Assembly: GCA_964607985.1 (NCBI GenBank)
Contig: CAZSMW010000058.1
Span: 1-34,260 of the forward strand
From: an uncultured Eubacteriales bacterium
Lineage (GTDB): Bacteria > Acidobacteriota > Aminicenantia > Aminicenantales > Saccharicenantaceae
DNA: 34,260 bases
Direction: 5' to 3'
A program made the translations under genes and the position numbers. The notes under the pieces are model-generated. The model ran no database searches and was not told the DNA's origin. It saw only the letters and a list, made by a program, of their open reading frames with translations. Positions 31,599-34,260 of this stretch are shown here, in pieces. Every line of letters begins with the position of its first letter. Positions within the stretch are counted from its first letter, which is position 1.

Positions 31599-31961
31599 TC
31601 AGATCTGCGGCGTGCTGCTGCTGACGCTGGTGTTCACATAGACAATGATCACCCGGGTTATCATGAAGACGATCCCGCTGAGGAGGGCAAGGCTATAGAG
31701 CGCCAGGAATACGGTATAAACAATCGCCTTATTCCGCGACAGATCGTGCGGAAAAAGGAGGTCGGTCACGGTTTTCCCGAAGAGGATGATCATGATGCCG
31801 ATCCCCATGACGGTCCGGAAGACGTATTCACGGGGGGCGATCGCACTCACCGAGCGGACGGTGAGGAGCGGATAAACCAACCAGATCGTGAACGCCCACA
31901 AGAAGGCGATAAGCGCGACCCTGCCCAAAATCCTAGCCCTCGGGAACTTCGATATTTCCAT
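31599..31961 (-). CDS. hypothetical small membrane protein (3-4 predicted TM segments)
   Basis: MEISKFPRARILGRVALIAFLWAFTIWLV... has hydrophobic segments. The ATG at 31959-31961 is preferred over the TTG at 32006. Confidence 0.4.
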   Translation of the reverse strand: MEISKFPRARILGRVALIAFLWAFTIWLVYPLLTVRSVSAIAPREYVFRTVMGIGIMIILFGKTVTDLLFPHDLSRNKAIVYTVFLALYSLALLSGIVFMITRVIIVYVNTSVSSSTPQI

Positions 31962-32009
31962 GGGGTATTTTTTATTATCGCTTTTAATCGGCTTGAAAAC
32001 AAGCAAAAT

Positions 32010-32063
32010 CCAAAATTGCCGATAGAATACGAGGATGTCAGAATCCTATCGGCCATATTGGGG
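32010..32063. repeat. hairpin repeat family 2, copy 2 (degenerate)
   Basis: CCAAAATTGCCGATAGAA (32010-32027) and TCCTATCGGCCATATTGGGG (32044-32063) match the copy 1 arms. Arm complementarity is 15/18. Loop is about 16 nt. Confidence 0.55.
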
Positions 32064-32312
32064 TGAACTTATCCGGCAGGTGAGAAAACCGGGGCCCGCG
32101 AAACGTCTTTATGGATAAAGCGGCAATACGACCTAATGGTCGATTGCATAGCTCCTTCCTTATTGGACCGGGCCGCTGAGGCATGACGCGGCCCGGCCCC
32201 GGCTTCCTATCACGCGGTTCAATAAAATGGATAGTATCCAAATAATTGTATTTTAGGCCGAATTCTCAAAACTAATATTATTGAAAACAAACAAATTAAC
32301 TGAATCATGGGT

Positions 32313-32328
32313 TGGCATGAATTTTGCT
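32313..32328 (+). promoter_or_regulatory. sigma-54 (-24/-12) type promoter upstream of the TonB-dependent receptor gene
   Basis: TGGCAT-gaatt-TTGCT has the canonical GG-N10-GC spacing. It is embedded in a 23-30% GC stretch about 190 nt upstream of the ATG. Confidence 0.55.
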
Positions 32329-32468
32329 ATTATTTGATGTTGATGAAGATATTTAAAGCTCTATCTATGCCTAAGTTAAGGAGGTGGGATCGCAAAAAAG
32401 GCACAAAAAAATCAGCCAACGGCCGGGTCAAGCCAGTTATTCATGGCTGAGGACCCAACGAAGGAGGC

Positions 32469-32489
32469 CCTCCGGCGGAATGCCGGAGG
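32469..32489 (+). promoter_or_regulatory. leader hairpin containing an anti-SD / SD-like pair
   Basis: CCTCCGGC-ggaat-GCCGGAGG is a perfect 8-bp stem. CCCTCC (32468-32473) is also complementary to the true SD GGAGGG (32508-32513). Confidence 0.3.
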
Positions 32490-32519
32490 AAACAAAAAAA
32501 TTCCTAAGGAGGGGAATGG

Positions 32520-34260
32520 ATGAGTAAACTCATTAAAGCTCTCTTCTTATCAGTGTTGGGCATCGTCTTCCTAACGGCTTCTCTGGGCGCCCAGGTCCCG
32601 ACGGGCAAGTTCCAGGGCGCCGTGACCGATGAAGACGGCAATGCCCTTCCCGGCGTTACGATCGAGGCCACCAGCCCGAAGCTCATCGGCAAGGCCACCG
32701 GGGTGACGGACGCGAACGGCGCGTATCGTCTTTTGTCTTTGCCCCCCGGCGTCTACGAGGTCACCTTCACGCTCCAGGGCTTCAAGCCTGTCTCCCGCAA
32801 GGAAATCGTGCTGCGAATCGAGGAGACCCTTAAGCTCGACATCAAGATGGAGATCGGCACCCTCGAGGAGCAGATCACGGTCGTCGGCCAGTCGCCCCTA
32901 ATCGATGTCAAGAGCACGGTCAAGGGAATGACCATGACCAAGGAGACCTTCCAAATCCTGCCCAAGGGCCGGAATTTCGACACCCTGGTCACCGCGGTTG
33001 CCGGCGTCAATAACGAAACGATGCTCGGCGGGATCTCCGTCGACGGCGCGTCCGGCTCGGAGAACATGTTCTACATCGACGGCATGGACATCACCAACAT
33101 GGTGAACGGGACGCGCGCCCAGAGCGCGGCCTTCGAGTTTATCGATGAGATCCAGATCAAGGCCAGCGGCTTCGAAGCCGAATTCGGCGGCGCGCTGGGC
33201 GGCGTCGTCAGCGTTATCACCCGCCAGGGCGGAAACGAGTACCACGGCGAGGTCCTCGGCTATTACAGCGGCTCGATGCTGAACGGCAAGGAGCGGGACT
33301 CCCTGCGGCTGAACCCCTTTGATGTCAACAAGGCCGAATACGTCAATTATCAGGACCTTTATGGGAAGGACAAGACGGACAGGATCGAGGCCGGCTTCAG
33401 CCTCGGCGGCTACATCCTCAAGGACAGGCTGTGGTTCTTCGGCTCCTTCCTGCCCGTCTTCTCGCCCGTCAAAAGACACGTGGAATACCTGACGACACCC
33501 GTCGTCATGGGCGATTACAAGCAGACGAACGATGCCTGGAACTTCCAGGTCAAACTCACGGCCCAGCCCGTTAGTTTCATGCGCGTAGGCGCGTCCTTTG
33601 TCAACAACTTCTCCAAGTACAAGGGCGACCTGCCGCCCCGCGACGGGACGGGAAGCCCGGCCAACCTCTGGGCAAACTACGGCTGGAGCTATCCCAACTG
33701 GACGGCCACGGGAACCATGGATCTGACCTTCGGCGGCAATTTCATGGTCAACGTTAGGGGCGGCGCGTTCATGACCGATACAACCAACCCGTTGCAGGCG
33801 CCGGACTCGCCCCGCTGGAGGATAGCTGGAAGCGGACCGGTATTTTACCCCGAGATCCCCGCGCAGTATCAGAAGCCTGTTGGCTATGCAAACAGGGGCC
33901 GGGTTTACCTGACCAAAGTCCAGCAACGCACCAGGTCCTACCTCGGAAGCGACTTCACTTATTTTCTCAACCTGGGCGGCGAGCACGCCTGGAAAGGCGG
34001 CGTGAGGTGGGAACGCAAGCGGGACAACGTCGATAGCGCCGTCAATTTCCCGGAAGTCACTTTGAACTGGAACCGTCCCTTAATCCAGTTGGGCAAAAAC
34101 TATGGCTCTGGAAAATACGGCTTTTATGAGATCCGCGGGAACGACGCGACCGGGCCCTTCGGCAGCTTCTACAACGTCTACATGGACAGCTATTCCCTCT
34201 ACCTGCAGGACAGTTGGACAATCGCCAACAGGTTCACCCTGAACTTCGGCGTCCGGTCTG
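32520..34260 (+). CDS. TonB-dependent receptor with N-terminal carboxypeptidase-regulatory-like domain (Oar-like), 3' end outside the window
   Basis: ATG at 32520 with an AAGGAGGGG Shine-Dalgarno. Signal peptide MSKLIKALFLSVLGIVFLTASLGAQ, CarbopepD_reg-like block GKFQGAVTDEDGNALPGVTIEATS...GVYEVTFTLQGF, plug-like block ISVDGASGSENMFYIDGMDITN, then DRLWFFGSF. The frame stays open to the window end. Confidence 0.85.
   Translation, partial: MSKLIKALFLSVLGIVFLTASLGAQVPTGKFQGAVTDEDGNALPGVTIEATSPKLIGKATGVTDANGAYRLLSLPPGVYEVTFTLQGFKPVSRKEIVLRIEETLKLDIKMEIGTLEEQITVVGQSPLIDVKSTVKGMTMTKETFQILPKGRNFDTLVTAVAGVNNETMLGGISVDGASGSENMFYIDGMDITNMVNGTRAQSAAFEFIDEIQIKASGFEAEFGGALGGVVSVITRQGGNEYHGEVLGYYSGSMLNGKERDSLRLNPFDVNKAEYVNYQDLYGKDKTDRIEAGFSLGGYILKDRLWFFGSFLPVFSPVKRHVEYLTTPVVMGDYKQTNDAWNFQVKLTAQPVSFMRVGASFVNNFSKYKGDLPPRDGTGSPANLWANYGWSYPNWTATGTMDLTFGGNFMVNVRGGAFMTDTTNPLQAPDSPRWRIAGSGPVFYPEIPAQYQKPVGYANRGRVYLTKVQQRTRSYLGSDFTYFLNLGGEHAWKGGVRWERKRDNVDSAVNFPEVTLNWNRPLIQLGKNYGSGKYGFYEIRGNDATGPFGSFYNVYMDSYSLYLQDSWTIANRFTLNFGVRS

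Noticed and set aside
32384-32527. 47-codon upstream ORF (GTG 32384 to TAA 32525-32527) overlapping the receptor start
   Set aside because: The GTG is part of its own putative SD (GGAGGTG), so the spacing is impossible. The product is highly basic and low-complexity. More likely this region is a non-coding leader.

Overview
GC-rich bacterial chromosomal segment. Hand counts of 60-nt lines mostly give 60-70% GC, and AGGAGG-type Shine-Dalgarno sites are common. I can support about 31 protein-coding genes and one tRNA-Leu(GAG). There is no rRNA, no CRISPR array and no transposase or integrase. Left to right: 3' end of a multicopper oxidase; a lipase-like alpha/beta-hydrolase broken by one in-frame TAG; a secreted zinc phospholipase-C-like protein; an RRM RNA-binding protein with a structured leader; a cluster of exported glycan-processing proteins (DUF2961/GH172, signal-peptide RraA-like, Tat-DUF362, GH9-like); a TetR / serine-palmitoyltransferase-like alpha-oxoamine synthase / LAT-type permease operon; GH3 plus aldo/keto reductase; purine salvage (NCS2 permease, apt); thiE; a low-GC two-gene wHTH + minimal nucleotidyltransferase islet (AbiE-like toxin-antitoxin or abortive-infection type); tsaE-nnr; gap-pgk-tpiA-secG-tRNA-Leu; a Trx2-like thioredoxin; a tricorn-like protease; an AlkD-like protein; HemW; two small unknowns; and the 5' part of an Oar-like TonB-dependent receptor behind a sigma-54-type promoter. 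The most unusual signals are non-coding: two families of hairpin (MITE/REP-like) repeats, each present twice; several very long palindromes; structured leaders; and a recurrent extended -10 (TGn) promoter pattern. The best candidate for a poorly described system is the miniature AbiE-like pair at 18200-19155. The gene content is reminiscent of Acidobacteriota-like organisms, but that is only an impression. All family calls come from motif recognition by eye, not from database searches.
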